NCBI GenBank assembly: GCA_043228905.1
Contig: JBHGNT010000014.1
Coordinates: forward strand, 9,982,001 to 10,046,000
Source of the DNA: Azolla caroliniana
Lineage: Eukaryota; Plantae; Polypodiophyta
Reading direction: 5' to 3'
Length of the DNA: 64,000 nt
Made by a program: the position numbers and the translations under genes. Below, piece by piece: positions 62,909 to 64,000 of this stretch; the stretch's first letter is position 1, and the number at the start of each line of letters is the position of its first letter. The notes under the pieces are model-generated. The model was not told the origin of the DNA. It did not search any database and was given only the letters and a program-made list of their open reading frames with translations.

Positions 62909-64000
62909 TGTTAACAGTTTCTGGGAAAACACCTTCGATGAGCCCACAGGCTATTGGTGTCAAGGGATCGTGTTACGTGGGAGCCTCTTCTACACGGGGA
63001 AGAAGAAAAGAAGAAAGAACGAGGAGCGTACACGGGCTACAACCCGTTAGGCATAAGCATAGCTCGCTTTACGAGTATGGGGAGAATACACAGATAGAAT
63101 ATTAGAAAAACGAAACTTATATTAAACGATAGAGCTCCCAGTGAGTACAATACTCGGCTCTCAACTAGAAACAGTTAGTGCAGAGCTTGCTACTAGGATA
63201 TTCCTCTCTCTAAGAATGATCTAGATAAATCCCCCCTTGGGGTATGCATAACTTGGGTTATATAGTTTTCCCCTTCAGACAGAGCGGAGCCATCGACTAA
63301 TTGTGAGGGTTCAAACATGACTATTTCTAGTCTTACCTATTTCCTCACCTACTCTTTTACCTAACGACAAGTTTACATAATATATTTATATTTCTGGCCT
63401 ATGGACAACACTTGGCACGCTTGTGGGACAGGACCTTGTTCGTCGGATCCACGGTTCACAATGTGGAGGAGTAACCATGGATTTGGAAAAACAACACAAT
63501 TTACAAAAATTGCCCGTTCATACGAGGGCTTATAGGGTTGTTTTATTCCTCTTCCAATATGCCGAGGATATCCTCAGGGGCATGGGGTTGGTCTGGCTGC
63601 TCGAAAGGTGGGGTTGGTGATGGAGGTTTTGTTGCTGAGTTGGGGATGGTGGTGTCGTCATGTGTGCCTTCCCCTGTTGGGACCGATTCAGGCAGGGTCG
63701 TGGTTATAGTCTGTGGCTCGGGTGGGATGTCGAGGTTTGTAGGGGCAGGCTCCTCCGGTCTAGCTGCCATGGTGGGTGGCTCGGGTCCTTGCTCGTTGGT
63801 TGTGGAAGCTCTGTTAATCCCGGTAGCGAGTCGTTCCTCCTCGTACACTTCGGCTTCTAAGCTAAACACCATTAGATCGTCGTTGAATTCCTCTAAAAGT
63901 TGCTCGATGGCCGCGGTGTGGGATGCTGCCAAGGTATGATATTCCTCAGTTAAGTCTTCACGGAGGGTCTGGATGCTGGTATCATCCATCTTGTAAAACC
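62909..64000 (-). mobile_element. 3' end of a second gypsy-type element (LTR 62909-63410), continuing beyond the window
   Basis: TGTTAAC...GACAACA; TATA on the minus strand at ~63263; adjacent ~40-nt block homologous to 3085-3124. Confidence 0.75.
63543..63989 (-). CDS. Acidic Pro/Thr-rich ORF inside the terminal LTR element, function unknown
   Basis: 148-aa ORF; may extend beyond the window. Confidence 0.4.
   Translation of the reverse strand: MDDTSIQTLREDLTEEYHTLAASHTAAIEQLLEEFNDDLMVFSLEAEVYEEERLATGINRASTTNEQGPEPPTMAARPEEPAPTNLDIPPEPQTITTTLPESVPTGEGTHDDTTIPNSATKPPSPTPPFEQPDQPHAPEDILGILEEE

Overview
Plant nuclear, TE-saturated window, probably from a non-seed land plant given its Tcn1-type chromovirus (inference). 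Bases 1-42871 are a deep nest of LTR retrotransposons and LINEs that can be ordered by target-site duplications (TSDs). They include several degenerate Ty1/copia elements, three young copies of one Tork/Tnt1-like copia family, a rearranged self-priming-type chromovirus, a non-autonomous gag-protease Ty3/gypsy element, two solo LTRs and microsatellite-tailed LINE 3' ends. One host gene follows (45402-47096), a two-exon QALGGH C2H2 zinc-finger/EAR repressor. After it come more copia remnants, a Sola2-like DNA transposon relic with palindrome arrays and an FCP1-like cargo ORF, and the end of another gypsy-type element. Three observations stand out. (1) Two gypsy-type elements with unrelated LTRs carry a conserved tRNA-3'-end copy (...GCGTGCCA) where the polypurine tract should be. 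(2) The chromovirus integrated with two U3 ends after a fold-back at its 11-nt self-primer site. (3) That chromovirus LTR contains a tRNA-like Pol III A/B-box module. All calls were made by eye, without alignment tools or database searches.
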